Counted from the first letter of the stretch, positions 9,284-19,967 are shown. The stretch: 64,000 nt of DNA from an uncultured delta proteobacterium (GCA_963816145.1 CAWFJP010000029.1:256001-320000); one strand, 5' to 3'. Made by a program: numbers and translations. The notes: a model not told the origin generated them from the letters alone.

Positions 9284-10861
9284 CTAATCGTCGGCTTCGT
9301 CATCCTTGGCACACTCCAGGTCCGTATCGATAAGCATCGCCAAAAGTTGGCCGCCTTCGACCAATTCCGGATCCGTGCTGGCCTTGTGGGCTTGAACGTC
9401 GAGCAAGAACCAGCCCGTGCCGAGAATCTTGCCGGCGTCGATCACGCCTGAAGATTCTTCGTCCTTGGTGATGAACTTGGTCAGGTCGCTATTATTCGGA
9501 TCGAAGAATTTGGGATTGTGGTGCGCCACTTCGATCAAGTTGCCGGACTGGATGCCGTAGACATACAGCCGCGCGACGTAGTCTTGATTGCCGGGATCTT
9601 CCTGGAGGACGATGCGGCCGCAGCCGTCAATCGTCATATTATCGAACATTTTGTGGCCGAGTTCGTCGCCCTTCAACAGAAGCTCGATTTCACCGCCGCG
9701 CTCGGGTCGTTCGATGTCGTCGAAACGCAGGCGCCAGAGCCGGCTGTTGCTGGTAAAACTGGCCGTCGTGACGAAATAAAAATCGTTGCTATGGCTCTTG
9801 CGCGGGTCCCAGGCACCGTCCTCAATGCGCTGCATGCGAAAGACGTTTTCGTCGACGGATTCTTGCTGAAGCTGTAAAGCGGTAAATCCCGAGACATCGC
9901 CACCGGGGCCCATCGCTTGGACTGCGAAGCGACCGGTGCCGATAAACCCGCTGGTGGCATTGCCCAGGGCGAACTGATTGTCCTCGCCGCCGGCCACAGT
10001 GCCGTCGGCAAGCGACACTTTGAGTCCAAACAATTTTCCGTTAGTCAAACCCGCCCGTTCGATGGGATGGCCGTTTGGTTGTTTGCTGCCGACGTACATG
10101 TATAGGTCGCTGGGGAAATTGCTCGCGGTCGGCGCGGTGCTGGCGTTGCCATCGTCGAGGAGCATGACGACGGTCTTTTGCTGCTGATAGGGACTGGCAA
10201 CCACGTTCTCAAAAGCGATCCTGCCCAATCGCGGCAGCTGCCAAATTTCGCCGGCATGGGGGCCGGTGGCGACGTGGGCAAAGGCTCGTCCTTCGTTGGT
10301 CTCCTCACCGTTGAGAAAAATCCGGTCCGGTGTGCCTTTGCCACCGGATTGGAAAGCGCCCTTGGCCGGTAGATCGGCGGAGCAGAAGCGCTGAAACGCC
10401 GCGGTTCCCTGTTTGTATTGCTTGGTTGCCAGGTCCCAGGTGTAGACGTCGTTGGCTGATTGGGTGAGGTCTTCGCCCTTGATCACTTCAAGAGTTGTCG
10501 GATTGATCTTCCATTTGGAGACAAACGCGCCCTTGGAGCCGTGGGCGCGCACCGCCCCGAGCGTCGAGCCGAGCTCGTGGTTCATCAAAAGGGTGAAGCT
10601 CCCATCGTTATTGCCGAAGGCGCCCAAGCCGTCCGGAATGCCCACCATGCGGTAATTGTTTTGTGCCGGCAAATCACCGACGGTGAGAATCGACGCTGTC
10701 GTCACTTTGGGATTGGACGGCAGTAAGTACGGTTCAACCGTCGTACTTGTGCCGATGCGTTGAGCTAGCGCGGCGCTGGCGTTGAGCGACAAAGCCGCCG
10801 CGCCGAGTATCGAGAGCGAGACGCCTCGCCACAACCTCTGGTTAATCTTTTCTATTCTCAT
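9284..10861 (-). CDS. Secreted PhoX-like (DUF839-type beta-propeller) alkaline phosphatase
   Basis: Signal peptide; 'GIPDGLGAF', 'MNHE', 'RFCSA', 'NGEE', 'FENVVA', 'RIEDGAWDP', 'DNMT', 'QED', 'ESSG', 'VQAH'. AGGAGG RBS before ATG 10861. Confidence 0.75.
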   Translation of the reverse strand: MRIEKINQRLWRGVSLSILGAAALSLNASAALAQRIGTSTTVEPYLLPSNPKVTTASILTVGDLPAQNNYRMVGIPDGLGAFGNNDGSFTLLMNHELGSTLGAVRAHGSKGAFVSKWKINPTTLEVIKGEDLTQSANDVYTWDLATKQYKQGTAAFQRFCSADLPAKGAFQSGGKGTPDRIFLNGEETNEGRAFAHVATGPHAGEIWQLPRLGRIAFENVVASPYQQQKTVVMLLDDGNASTAPTASNFPSDLYMYVGSKQPNGHPIERAGLTNGKLFGLKVSLADGTVAGGEDNQFALGNATSGFIGTGRFAVQAMGPGGDVSGFTALQLQQESVDENVFRMQRIEDGAWDPRKSHSNDFYFVTTASFTSNSRLWRLRFDDIERPERGGEIELLLKGDELGHKMFDNMTIDGCGRIVLQEDPGNQDYVARLYVYGIQSGNLIEVAHHNPKFFDPNNSDLTKFITKDEESSGVIDAGKILGTGWFLLDVQAHKASTDPELVEGGQLLAMLIDTDLECAKDDEADD

Positions 10862-10998
10862 GAATTCCTCCTGATGAATTTTTTGTCTTTCGACGCGCAA
10901 TAAGTACCGCTGAAATATGTCGCGCCCATAACGCGAAAGTGAAGAATTGATGAAGGGCGTAGTGGTAAGTTCGCTGGTTTGTCTTTATAAATGAAAAT

Positions 10999-12267
10999 AT
11001 GCCTGCATGGATGTGGAAATGTTTGGGCGTCGGCGAGAGTTCGCCGGCGGCGCGCAAGAAACTCGGTGCCATCGCCTTGCTCTACTTCATTCAAGGCGCG
11101 CCGGCGGCGATCTTATGGGAGGTTTTGCCGGTCTACTTTCGCATCAACGGCGTGTCGCTGCGCGCCATCGGCGGTCTGCGGCTGCTCGAATTACCCTATT
11201 CGTTGAAAGTCTTTTGGTCGCCGCTGGTGCATCGTTTCGGCGAGCGGCGCTTTTGGGTTCTATCCTGCATGCTCGGCATCGCCGCGGTGCTGTTCGCGCT
11301 GCCGTTTGTCAACGTCGCTGGTGTCGGTCTCATCGTACTGTTATTGATTTTTGCTCTGACGACCTTGTCGGCGACGCAGGATGTTGCCATCGATTCCTAC
11401 TCGGTCGGTTTAGTCGAGCGCGACGAAGAGGGCGCGGCCAACGGTGTGCGCGCTTCGGCTTATCGCGTGGCGCTGGTGGCAATCGGCGGCGGCGCGGTTT
11501 TTCTCGCCGGTGTGTTGGCGTGGAATTCTCTCTTCGTTCTGGCGGGGATCGTCTTTGCGGCGCTTGGCTTCGTCGCACTGTCGTTGCCGCGCTTAAGTTT
11601 ACCGGAGGAGGCAAGGGAGCATTGGCTGGCCGGCTTTACCGCTTGGGCTGGTACCTGGAAGGTTATTCCGCTCGTCTTGTTCGTGTTGACCTACAAGCTT
11701 GGCGAGTTCGCCATCGGTCCAATGGTGAAACCGTTCTGGGTCGACTACGGCAAGACCATCTGGCCGGTGCCGGAAGATCTGATGTTTCAGATCGGTCTGT
11801 TTCCGACGACCTTCGGCATCGTGCTCAGCGTCGTCGGCGCGTTGATGGGCGGAGCGTTCGTCTCGCGCTACGGGATTCTCCACGGAGTCTGGTTTCTCGG
11901 TCTCTTGCAGGCGGTGTCGAATCTTGGCTATGCGTTTGTCGAGTGGATGGATCTCGGCCGTTTCGGGCTATACGGCGCATCGATGTTCGAGTCGCTCTCC
12001 GGCGGGCTGGGCACAGCAGCGTTTCTGGCGTTCCTGATGAATGTCTGCCAAAAAGAACATGCCACGGTGCAGTACGCGTTTCTTTCATCGGTGTTTTCGC
12101 TGACCGGCCGATTGATCGGCGGGATCAGCGGTCTCGGCGCCGAGAAGTATGGCTTCGCCAATTATTTCGCGATTACTTTCTTACTGTCGATGCCGGCGTA
12201 TCTGCTTTTGCCATGGGTCAAACAGTGGATACAGGAAGACTCGCGGCCGCAATCCACGCCTCACTAG
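10999..12267 (+). CDS. AmpG-like MFS transporter
   Basis: 'LYFIQG', 'LPYSLK.FWSP', 'SATQDVAID', about 12 TM segments. Confidence 0.85.
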   Translation: MPAWMWKCLGVGESSPAARKKLGAIALLYFIQGAPAAILWEVLPVYFRINGVSLRAIGGLRLLELPYSLKVFWSPLVHRFGERRFWVLSCMLGIAAVLFALPFVNVAGVGLIVLLLIFALTTLSATQDVAIDSYSVGLVERDEEGAANGVRASAYRVALVAIGGGAVFLAGVLAWNSLFVLAGIVFAALGFVALSLPRLSLPEEAREHWLAGFTAWAGTWKVIPLVLFVLTYKLGEFAIGPMVKPFWVDYGKTIWPVPEDLMFQIGLFPTTFGIVLSVVGALMGGAFVSRYGILHGVWFLGLLQAVSNLGYAFVEWMDLGRFGLYGASMFESLSGGLGTAAFLAFLMNVCQKEHATVQYAFLSSVFSLTGRLIGGISGLGAEKYGFANYFAITFLLSMPAYLLLPWVKQWIQEDSRPQSTPH

Positions 12268-12289
12268 GTTTCGGCTGAGCCAGTCGACC

Positions 12290-12327
12290 TGAATGACCCT
12301 CGGCTTAAACCCGAGGGTCATTCAGTT
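12290..12327. repeat. Palindromic repeat (ctgaatgaccctcgg-N-ccgagggtcattcagtt)
   Basis: Perfect inverted repeat; near-identical right arm at 18244-18274. Confidence 0.7.
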
Positions 12328-12637
12328 GCTGGTGAAATTGCGCCGAAGACCGCCGAAGTGCCTGGCATCGACCGCCGTTGGACGCGCGGGGTAAGAAACT
12401 CAAATAGGCTTCGACAAACCGGGTGCACCACAGGGGGGACTTGAAATTCGCCTGTGCCGCTGGCTCGACCAACAACGGTTCGAGTAAAGATTGAAAGGCG
12501 CTTTTAACCAGTTTCCCTCGGGTTCTCGGCAATTTCTTCAATCGAGCCAAGTCCCGCGGGCGTTACAGTTTCTTAACGCTGCGTTCAATAAAATGAAATT
12601 TTAAAAGTGCAAATTATTCTCCAGTTAGGAGGATAAT

Positions 12638-13174
12638 GTGACCCTAGATCAACCCTTAGCGTTGGTCCGCTGGATGGTCGATCGTGAGATGGCCATCTGT
12701 AGCGCATTAAATCGAATTTCCCATCCGCCTAAAGTCAGAAAATTTTTCGTCTTGATTAGCCGGATAGGCGATGGCGCAGCCTGGTACTTGATACTGGTGC
12801 TGTTGCCGTTGGTTTACGGCGAGTCTGGTTTGACGACCAGTGCGAGCATGATCAAAGTTGGCGTGGTGAATTTTGCGCTCTACAAGATCATAAAAAAATG
12901 CAGCGCCCGCCATCGGCCTTGTGCGGTTAGCGCGGAAATTACTCTCGGCACGGCGCCGCTCGACCAATATAGTTTTCCGTCCGGCCACACTATGCACGCA
13001 GTGGCGTTTTCACTGGTCGTGACCGCGCATCATCCTGAGTTGGCGGTCTTACTAATACCGTTCAGCAGCTTGATCGCAGCGTCTCGCGTGATCCTCGGTC
13101 TGCACTTTCCCACCGATGTCATCGCCGGCGGTTTGATCGGCGGCTATGTCGCCTCCACGCTGTTGGCGTCCTAG
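12638..13174 (+). CDS. PAP2 family (lipid) phosphatase
   Basis: 'K....R.RP', 'SFPSGH', 'SRV.LGLHFPTDV' PAP2 triad; AGGAGG RBS. Confidence 0.9.
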   Translation: MTLDQPLALVRWMVDREMAICSALNRISHPPKVRKFFVLISRIGDGAAWYLILVLLPLVYGESGLTTSASMIKVGVVNFALYKIIKKCSARHRPCAVSAEITLGTAPLDQYSFPSGHTMHAVAFSLVVTAHHPELAVLLIPFSSLIAASRVILGLHFPTDVIAGGLIGGYVASTLLAS

Positions 13175-13379
13175 ACCGTCTCTTGAGTGTTCATTCTTGA
13201 ATAGTTCGATTCCAAGGGTGTCGGCCTTATTATTGCCGCTCGCGATCAGGACAAAACCTGTATATTCAATTTACAGCGGGTCAGTAAAACCTTCGGTTGC
13301 TAAAATCGCCTCTGGCTTGAAAAGTTTAGCGATAGATTGGAAAAGGGATGAAGGGTTGGAACCGTTTGCGGGGGTGTAA

Positions 13380-14129
13380 ATGATACTGCGAGTCGCTACG
13401 TTAAACTTGGAACAAAATCACAAACGTTGGGCAGATCGCCGGGAGCTAATAGTAACGCAACTGAGAGAATTAGGCCCCGATATCTTGGCGCTCAATGAGA
13501 TCCACATACCCAGCCAAACCGGCCGTTGGCTGCAACGGGCCGCCGAGAATAAAAACGGCTCGCAATACACGGCGATTCAGCAGTCAAAGGCCGGCGAGGA
13601 GTCGAGCATCCAAGGCGAAGGGCTGCTCACATGGTACCCAATCGTTGAGACAGCGAATCTTGATTACCGCTCGCATGACTGTGTCGCGTTGGTGGCGCGC
13701 TTAAATATCGAAGGCCGTCGCCTCGATGTCTACGTCACGCATCTGATTGCCGCGAAAGTAGACGATTCAGCGCGCCAGTTTCAGGTCAAGCAACTGCTGC
13801 AGTGGATTCATAATCGCGATGACGCTGATTATTCAATCGTGTGCGGCGACTTTAATGCTGCGCCCGACCAACCGTCAATTGAGCTAATGGCTAAGACTTA
13901 CCGCGCGACGCAGAGCGAAGCGACCGCTTTCACTCCACTGCGGGAAGCCGGCGGCGACCCGACCCATCCAGAGTGGCAGCGCTTTGACCGCTGCATCGAT
14001 TACATCTGGGTTTCGGACTCGATAAAAATCATGGCTTCGGGGCTGTGCTTCAACCAACCTTCCGCGGACGATCCCCACCTATGGCCTTCGGACCATATCG
14101 GTGTCTGGGCAGATTTGCAGCTCGGTTGA
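13380..14129 (+). CDS. Endonuclease/exonuclease/phosphatase (EEP) family protein
   Basis: 'RVATLN', 'DILALNE', 'THL', 'GDFNA', 'IDYIW', 'SDH'. Confidence 0.88.
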   Translation: MILRVATLNLEQNHKRWADRRELIVTQLRELGPDILALNEIHIPSQTGRWLQRAAENKNGSQYTAIQQSKAGEESSIQGEGLLTWYPIVETANLDYRSHDCVALVARLNIEGRRLDVYVTHLIAAKVDDSARQFQVKQLLQWIHNRDDADYSIVCGDFNAAPDQPSIELMAKTYRATQSEATAFTPLREAGGDPTHPEWQRFDRCIDYIWVSDSIKIMASGLCFNQPSADDPHLWPSDHIGVWADLQLG

Positions 14130-14139
14130 TCTTGCGCAG

Positions 14140-15813
14140 CTACGCTCGTGATTTTCCCGGCACCAGATGGCGAGCGATGGCGACGGACAACATGGAAATG
14201 ACAATCGCAATGGTCCCCATTGCCATACCGGCGGCGGGACTGCCCTGATCGAATTCACGCAAAATGAAAGTGGCAACCGTCTGCATCCCCGGCGGGCGCA
14301 GGAGCACCGATCCGACCAATTCGCGGAACGAGATCGAGAAAATGAGAATTGCCCCGGCGAGGCAATGGGGCAAAAGCAAGGGCGCGATGATGCGCCTGGT
14401 GGTCATGCCCGCGCCGGCGCCGTGGATGCGCGCGGCCCACTCGTAGGACGGCGGGATCACGGCCAGGCCCGAACGCGCATATTGCACTGCGTAGGGCAGA
14501 TATTGCGTCGTGTAAAAAAGTCCGACGATGAACACGCTGCCGTAGAGCGGCAACCACGCCGTCCAGGGAGCGTTCCAGCCACGGATGAAGCCCACCGCCA
14601 TAGTGATTGCCGGAGTGGCGGCCGGAATTAAAGCCAAGCTCGCTAGGGCGACGCTGCGGCGAGCACAGGCCGCGCCCAAGAGAGTTCCCAGCAGAGCCGC
14701 CATTAGTGCGAGCGCAAAGCTCGCGACCAACGCTTGTCGCAAGCCACTGGATTCGCCGGTCAACCCCTCTAGATAATGCTGCGAAGTCAAATTATCGAGG
14801 GTTGGTCCCACGCTGACGAGTTTCAAAAGTGACGTGAGCAGCATCGAACCGTACGGAATGACAATCGTAAAGAGAAAATAAATCCCGACAAGACTCCACA
14901 GGCTAGCCCTCGCCCAGCGCGGCAGTAGATTCGGCATTGGGTGCGCGCTCGGTTTGGCTGAAGTTTTCGCGCCGCGCTGCAATAAATAGCTCGCGAAATA
15001 GACACCGCCAGCCAAAGCGAACAGCAGCGAAGCCAGGGCGCTGGCAAGGGTCAAGTTGATCGGATAGATGCGGACGATGCGGCCGATCTCAGTGGAGATT
15101 ACCGGAAAGCCGATGCGGTTGCCGATCACCAATGGCGTACCGTATTCCTCAATGGCGCAGGCGAATGCGAGGAAACCGCCGGCGAGCAGCGCGGGAAGGA
15201 CGATTGGCACGAGGATGCGACCAACGATTCGTGCGGGCTTTGCGCCGGCGATCTGCGCGGCCCACAGGAGCGATGTCGGCACCTTTTCGATCTGGGCGCG
15301 GACGGCGAAATAAACAATCGGCGCGTAGTGAACTGCCATCAGCAGGGATAGCCCCCAAAAAGAGAAAACAAATTTTTCCATTTCTCCGCCGAACAGGCCG
15401 AGGCGGCCCAAGTAGCCCCTTGGCCCAACGGCCAGGCTCCAGGCAAGCGACGCGAGAAATGGCGGGGTGAGAAACGGCATGCTCATGATCAGATCGATCC
15501 AGCGGTCTCTTCGGCTCTGCACGGCGAGCAAGGCGAAGGTGGCGCCGGTGATCAAACTGAGAAGACTGACCGTGATGCCCAGACGCAGCGTGTTGAACGC
15601 GGCGGCGAGCAGGCGTTCGCTCAAGAAATCTGCAAGTCGGAGCGGGTCACCTGCGGGAAACACCGGCGCAAACACCGATGAAACGACCATCAGCAGTGGA
15701 TAGACGACGAGCAGGAGAACCGCGGCCCACAGGATGATCGCGCTCGTGTGAGTTCGCCAGCGCGCCAAGGATGGAGTCGCGATTCGCGGGCTATCGAGCA
15801 CTACGACGGCCAT
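14140..15813 (-). CDS. ABC transporter double-domain permease (FbpB/AfuB-like)
   Basis: Two TM modules with EAA-like loops ('LLWAAQIAGA', 'YEWAARIHGA'). Confidence 0.88.
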   Translation of the reverse strand: MAVVVLDSPRIATPSLARWRTHTSAIILWAAVLLLVVYPLLMVVSSVFAPVFPAGDPLRLADFLSERLLAAAFNTLRLGITVSLLSLITGATFALLAVQSRRDRWIDLIMSMPFLTPPFLASLAWSLAVGPRGYLGRLGLFGGEMEKFVFSFWGLSLLMAVHYAPIVYFAVRAQIEKVPTSLLWAAQIAGAKPARIVGRILVPIVLPALLAGGFLAFACAIEEYGTPLVIGNRIGFPVISTEIGRIVRIYPINLTLASALASLLFALAGGVYFASYLLQRGAKTSAKPSAHPMPNLLPRWARASLWSLVGIYFLFTIVIPYGSMLLTSLLKLVSVGPTLDNLTSQHYLEGLTGESSGLRQALVASFALALMAALLGTLLGAACARRSVALASLALIPAATPAITMAVGFIRGWNAPWTAWLPLYGSVFIVGLFYTTQYLPYAVQYARSGLAVIPPSYEWAARIHGAGAGMTTRRIIAPLLLPHCLAGAILIFSISFRELVGSVLLRPPGMQTVATFILREFDQGSPAAGMAMGTIAIVISMLSVAIARHLVPGKSRA

Positions 15814-15818
15814 TGAAC

Positions 15819-16805
15819 TCAGCGCTTCTGGATGATCTGTTCGACGATCTCTTTTCTGAAACGGTTGACCAGTTGAGTCTGGTTCTTCTCGACGAAGTCC
15901 CACTCAGGGGCGAGCATCTTGAATTCGCCCGGCAAGGGCCGCTGGGCGCGGGAGTCGGCGCGCGCCGGAATCAGAAAACTTTTAGCGACGAGACTTTGTC
16001 CCTCTTCGCCAAGTATAAAATCGACGAGTTTGCGGGCGTCATCGCGGTGCGGCGCGTTTTGCTGGACGAAAACCGGCCGCAGCGCAACCACCGTGCCTTC
16101 TTTGGGGTAATGAATGGCCAGTTTCTCACCCTTGGCGATTTGTCCGAAAGTAATGTAATCGACACCCGCGATGGTTCCCTTCTTTGCTCCGGTTAGCACC
16201 GGATTGAGCGCGGCGTTGTTGGGCCCCGGAACGGTCAAGCCATTGCGCGCCAGCTCTGCGAAAAGTTTCCATGCTCGATCGCCATGATGTTGCACGAACA
16301 CCGCGATGAATTCGGCGGCGCTGCCCGAGAGCGTCGGGTCGGGCATGGTGAGGGAATCCTTCCAAAACGGCGTCGTCAAATCGAACCATGATTGCGGTTG
16401 TTGTTCTTTTTTCACTTCATTGCCGTTGAGAATCAGTGCCAGTGCCGCGCCCCCCTGAGCCGCGAGACCGCCGTCGGACCAGCGCGGACGGAGTTTCTTT
16501 GCTTCCACTGAACTGTATGGCTCGACAAATCCGCGCTGGCGCATCGTGAGCCCCTCGCCCCAGGAGGCAAGCACTACGACATCTGCCCTTGGCTTGGCTT
16601 TCTCGGCTTCAAGTCGCGCCAGAACGTCGCCGCTCGTCGCTTGGTACACTTCGACCTTGATGCCGGCTTTATCCGTAAACCCCTTAGCGATATTGTTTGC
16701 GAGCCCTTCGGGTCCCGCGGTGTAGAGGGTGATCGATTGGCCGTCGACTCGACGGGCAGCCACCATGATCGTCGCGATGACAATTAACGAAAAGATCCGT
16801 TTCAT
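15819..16805 (-). CDS. ABC substrate-binding protein (AfuA/FbpA-like)
   Basis: Signal peptide; 'RLEAEK..PRADV', 'PQSWFDL', 'MPDPTLSGSA', 'YPKEGT'. Confidence 0.85.
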   Translation of the reverse strand: MKRIFSLIVIATIMVAARRVDGQSITLYTAGPEGLANNIAKGFTDKAGIKVEVYQATSGDVLARLEAEKAKPRADVVVLASWGEGLTMRQRGFVEPYSSVEAKKLRPRWSDGGLAAQGGAALALILNGNEVKKEQQPQSWFDLTTPFWKDSLTMPDPTLSGSAAEFIAVFVQHHGDRAWKLFAELARNGLTVPGPNNAALNPVLTGAKKGTIAGVDYITFGQIAKGEKLAIHYPKEGTVVALRPVFVQQNAPHRDDARKLVDFILGEEGQSLVAKSFLIPARADSRAQRPLPGEFKMLAPEWDFVEKNQTQLVNRFRKEIVEQIIQKR

Positions 16806-17953
16806 AGGGTTTCCTCTTGAAGCTTGGTCATTTCTAGTTCAACGAGCGGCTCGGCAGCCGATGGCGTTGTCGGCGCGACCGGCGATTCTTGAATGATGTG
16901 GATCGCCTCCGGGGGCAGATATAGGTAGACGGCCTCAGCCGTCGGCGCGTAGTCTGATCGCGCTTCGACGATCTGACCGGTCTGCGGATCACCGAATCTC
17001 ACCTGTAGGCGATACTGACCGCCACGATATTGGCTCCGAAGCAATCGACCCGGCAAAACATTTTTCATCTTGGAACCATCGTCGATGACCCGGACCTGTT
17101 CCGGGACAATGGCAAGATGTATTTCTCCCTGGGCAATCGGGCGAGGAAGTTCTAGTCGCGATTTGCCGCCGTTTTTCAGCTGAACGCTGCCGTCGCCGCA
17201 CACACACGCCGCGAGCAAATTCGCGCCCATGAATCGCGCCACGGTGGGATTCGCCGGGCGTTCGTAGACTTCCTGCGGTGTCGCGTGCTGCTGGATCTCG
17301 CCGTCGACCAGCACGGCGACGCGATCGGCAAGTTCGAATGCCTCCTCGCGGTCATGCGTAACGATAATCGTGGTGAGGCTCAACCGTTGCAAAATATCGG
17401 CGAGCTCGCTGCGAACGCTGGCTCGAGTGGCCGGGTCAAGCGCCGAGAGCGGCTCGTCGAGCAGAAGGAGCTTGGTCTCAGCGACTACCGCGCGAGCGAG
17501 GGCGACTCTTTGCTGCTGGCCGCCGGATAATTCCTGAGGGTGTCGCGTGCCAAATCCCTGAAGGCGGACCCGCGCCAAAGCATTTTCGACTCTAGTGGCA
17601 ATTTCACCAGCTGCTGACTTTCGGGCGCGCAAAGGGAAAGCGACATTCTGAGCCACCGTCATGTGCGGCCAGAGGGCAAAATCTTGAAACACCATGCCGA
17701 GGCCGCGGGCCTCCGGCGGAAGTTCGAGGAGATTACCGCCGGCGAGCCAAATTTTTCCTGCGCTCGGATTGATGATACCGGCGATGGCGGCGAGTAATGT
17801 CGATTTACCGGAACCGCTCGGCCCAAGCAAAGCCAACACCTCGCTTTGATGCGCGCTAAGCGAGAGGTTTTTCAGGGCGGTTTTTTGGCCGTAGTGATGC
17901 AAAAGGCTCTCGATTGCGAAAAAAGGCCGATTGGATGCGGAAATAGCAACCAT
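16802..17953 (-). CDS. ABC ATP-binding protein (FbpC/PotA-like)
   Basis: Walker A GPSGSGKS, LSGGQQQR, LLLDEP, 'VTHD', TOBE-like tail. Confidence 0.92.
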   Translation of the reverse strand: MVAISASNRPFFAIESLLHHYGQKTALKNLSLSAHQSEVLALLGPSGSGKSTLLAAIAGIINPSAGKIWLAGGNLLELPPEARGLGMVFQDFALWPHMTVAQNVAFPLRARKSAAGEIATRVENALARVRLQGFGTRHPQELSGGQQQRVALARAVVAETKLLLLDEPLSALDPATRASVRSELADILQRLSLTTIIVTHDREEAFELADRVAVLVDGEIQQHATPQEVYERPANPTVARFMGANLLAACVCGDGSVQLKNGGKSRLELPRPIAQGEIHLAIVPEQVRVIDDGSKMKNVLPGRLLRSQYRGGQYRLQVRFGDPQTGQIVEARSDYAPTAEAVYLYLPPEAIHIIQESPVAPTTPSAAEPLVELEMTKLQEETL

Positions 17954-17977
17954 TTGCTGCGACTTTGATCAAAGCTT

Positions 17978-18006
17978 TGTTACAGTATGATTACAATCAT
18001 GTTAAC
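17978..18006 (-). promoter_or_regulatory. 11-bp-periodic Pho-box-like repeats upstream of the ABC operon
   Basis: On +: TGTTAC 17978, GATTAC 17989, TGTTAA 18000. Confidence 0.6.
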
Positions 18007-18099
18007 GAATCGACGCGACGACGGTGATATTTGTTTTTTGATTTGATGTCACTATCGGGGATGGTTGAAATCCCTCGCCTTCAGGCGAAGAGAAGGTTG

Positions 18100-18275
18100 G
18101 TCATGCCGGCGTAGGGCGCCATCTATCTTCTCTTGTGCTGCAAGTCCAGAAAACCTGGATTCCGGCCCCGGATCGAGTCCGGGGCAGGCTCTGCGCCGGA
18201 ATGACGAAAGCAAGAGTCGACTTCCAGTCGACGACATCAGAACCCCTCGGCTAAATACCGAGGGTCATTCAGTTG
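18100..18275. repeat. Composite palindromic REP/MITE-like element
   Basis: gtcatgccggcg...ctggattccggccccggatcgagtccggggcaggctctgcgccggaatgacg, followed by the ccctcgg..ccgagggtcattcagtt palindrome. Confidence 0.75.
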
Positions 18276-18299
18276 AGTTTTCGACCGGTTGTCCAGTGT

Positions 18300-19967
18300 C
18301 TACAAAATGCCCATCACACCTGCATGGCTATGATTGACGATAAACGATTTGAGCGTTTGGATCGTCGCCCGGGGCAACAAGACCGTATCGACGGCACGAT
18401 AGTCGCTGCGCCACTGCTCCGGTGTCACCACACAGCGGACGTAGCCGTGCGAAACCCCGTCAAAGAATTTGATGTGGGAGTTCATAGGGTCCTTTAGAGC
18501 TCCGTAGACGATTGGGAGGAATCCACCAGGGAATTCGGAGGTGATCGAAGTGCCGACGAATTCGCAGCCGACGACCGGTGACTGCGGATCTGCGAAGTCC
18601 GACTTGAGATCGGCAACCCAGCTTGAATGAACATCTCCGGAGAGCACCACCAGGTTGTCGAGTCCTTCACTGGCGACGCTGCCGAGCAAACGATTGCGCG
18701 CCGCGACATAGCCGTCCCAAGCATCGACATTGCGAACTTGCAATCCGGCAAGCCGCGGATCGACGAGCGCTACTCCGGGTCCGAAGTCGACCGCTGCCAT
18801 CATGACCTGTTGCGCGATTACGTTCCAACGGGTCTTAGATTGTCGCAATCCATCGAGCAGCCAATCCTCTTGCGCTGCGCCAGTCATCGAGGCGCGCGGA
18901 TCGATCTCTTCGCCGCAGGCGATGACGATGTCGTCACCCGCCGGCGCAAGTAAATCCTTGGCACCAGCGCAGGGCTGGTCGGTGCGAAACTGCCTGGTGT
19001 CAAGCACGTGAAACCGAGCCAGGCGTCCCCAGTCGAAGCGGCGGAATATAGTGGCCTGAGCGCCGTCCGGCTGAAGTTCCGGCGGCAGCGGCATATGCTC
19101 GAAGTAGGCTTGATAGGCGCGCAACTGCCGCTGGCGAAATTCGCTTTGCGGAATGTTGTTGGTTGGATCGTCGTCGCGGTTATTCTTGGAAATTGCGCCG
19201 GCGTAGTTATCTTCGACTTCGTGGTCGTCCCAACTAACGATGAAGGGGAACAACGCATGAGCAGTCTGGAGATGCTCGTCGCTTTTGTACTGGGCATGGC
19301 GGTTGCGGAAATCGTCGAGAGTCGTGATCTCGGATGCCGGCGTATGCTGCCGAACGCTAATCGAATGAGTCTCCTCTTCGTAAATGTAATCGCCAAGGTG
19401 GACGACGAAATCGATATCTTCCTCGGCGAGCCGTTGCCAGGCATTGAAATAGCCGGCTTCAAAATGTTGGCAGGAAACGAATGCGAAACGGAGCAGACGA
19501 GGCTGGCTGCCGGGAGCTGGAAATGTGCGGGTACGGCCAATCGAACTGAAATCTGAACCGCTCTCAAACTGGTACCAGTACCAGCGATCGGGATCGAGCC
19601 CTTTCACTTCGACGTGGACGGAGTGGGCGTCTTGCGGCAGCGCCATGACTGTACCGCGGCGCACGACATGGTGCATGCGCGCATCGGTCGCCAATCGCCA
19701 TTTAACTTCAATGGGCACCGGCGGCATGGCGCCGCCGTTGAGAGGATCGTTGGCTAGCCGCGTCCAGAGCACTACGCTCTGATGGCTCGGATCGCCGGAG
19801 GCGATGCCGAGCGAAAATGGTACGGAGGCTGGCGCCACGCCGGCGGCGCGATTAGGTAAGAGCCCCGCCGCGAGCGCCAGTGTGCCCAGCGCGCCGCCGC
19901 GCAGGAAGGTTCGCCGACTTAATCGCGAAGAATTCTGCAACAGCGAGTTTAATTGGTCTCGATCCAT
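18300..19967 (-). CDS. phoD: Alkaline phosphatase D, Tat-exported
   Basis: Tat motif 'SRRTFL'; 'GIASGDP', 'VSCQ', 'HLGDYIYE', 'WDDHEV', 'LDTRQFR', 'DAWDGY', 'SGDVH'. Confidence 0.95.
   Translation of the reverse strand: MDRDQLNSLLQNSSRLSRRTFLRGGALGTLALAAGLLPNRAAGVAPASVPFSLGIASGDPSHQSVVLWTRLANDPLNGGAMPPVPIEVKWRLATDARMHHVVRRGTVMALPQDAHSVHVEVKGLDPDRWYWYQFESGSDFSSIGRTRTFPAPGSQPRLLRFAFVSCQHFEAGYFNAWQRLAEEDIDFVVHLGDYIYEEETHSISVRQHTPASEITTLDDFRNRHAQYKSDEHLQTAHALFPFIVSWDDHEVEDNYAGAISKNNRDDDPTNNIPQSEFRQRQLRAYQAYFEHMPLPPELQPDGAQATIFRRFDWGRLARFHVLDTRQFRTDQPCAGAKDLLAPAGDDIVIACGEEIDPRASMTGAAQEDWLLDGLRQSKTRWNVIAQQVMMAAVDFGPGVALVDPRLAGLQVRNVDAWDGYVAARNRLLGSVASEGLDNLVVLSGDVHSSWVADLKSDFADPQSPVVGCEFVGTSITSEFPGGFLPIVYGALKDPMNSHIKFFDGVSHGYVRCVVTPEQWRSDYRAVDTVLLPRATIQTLKSFIVNHSHAGVMGIL

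Noticed and set aside
11007-12278. 423-aa alternative-frame ORF overlapping the AmpG-like gene
   Set aside because: Arg-rich shadow ORF typical of high-GC DNA, with no motifs.
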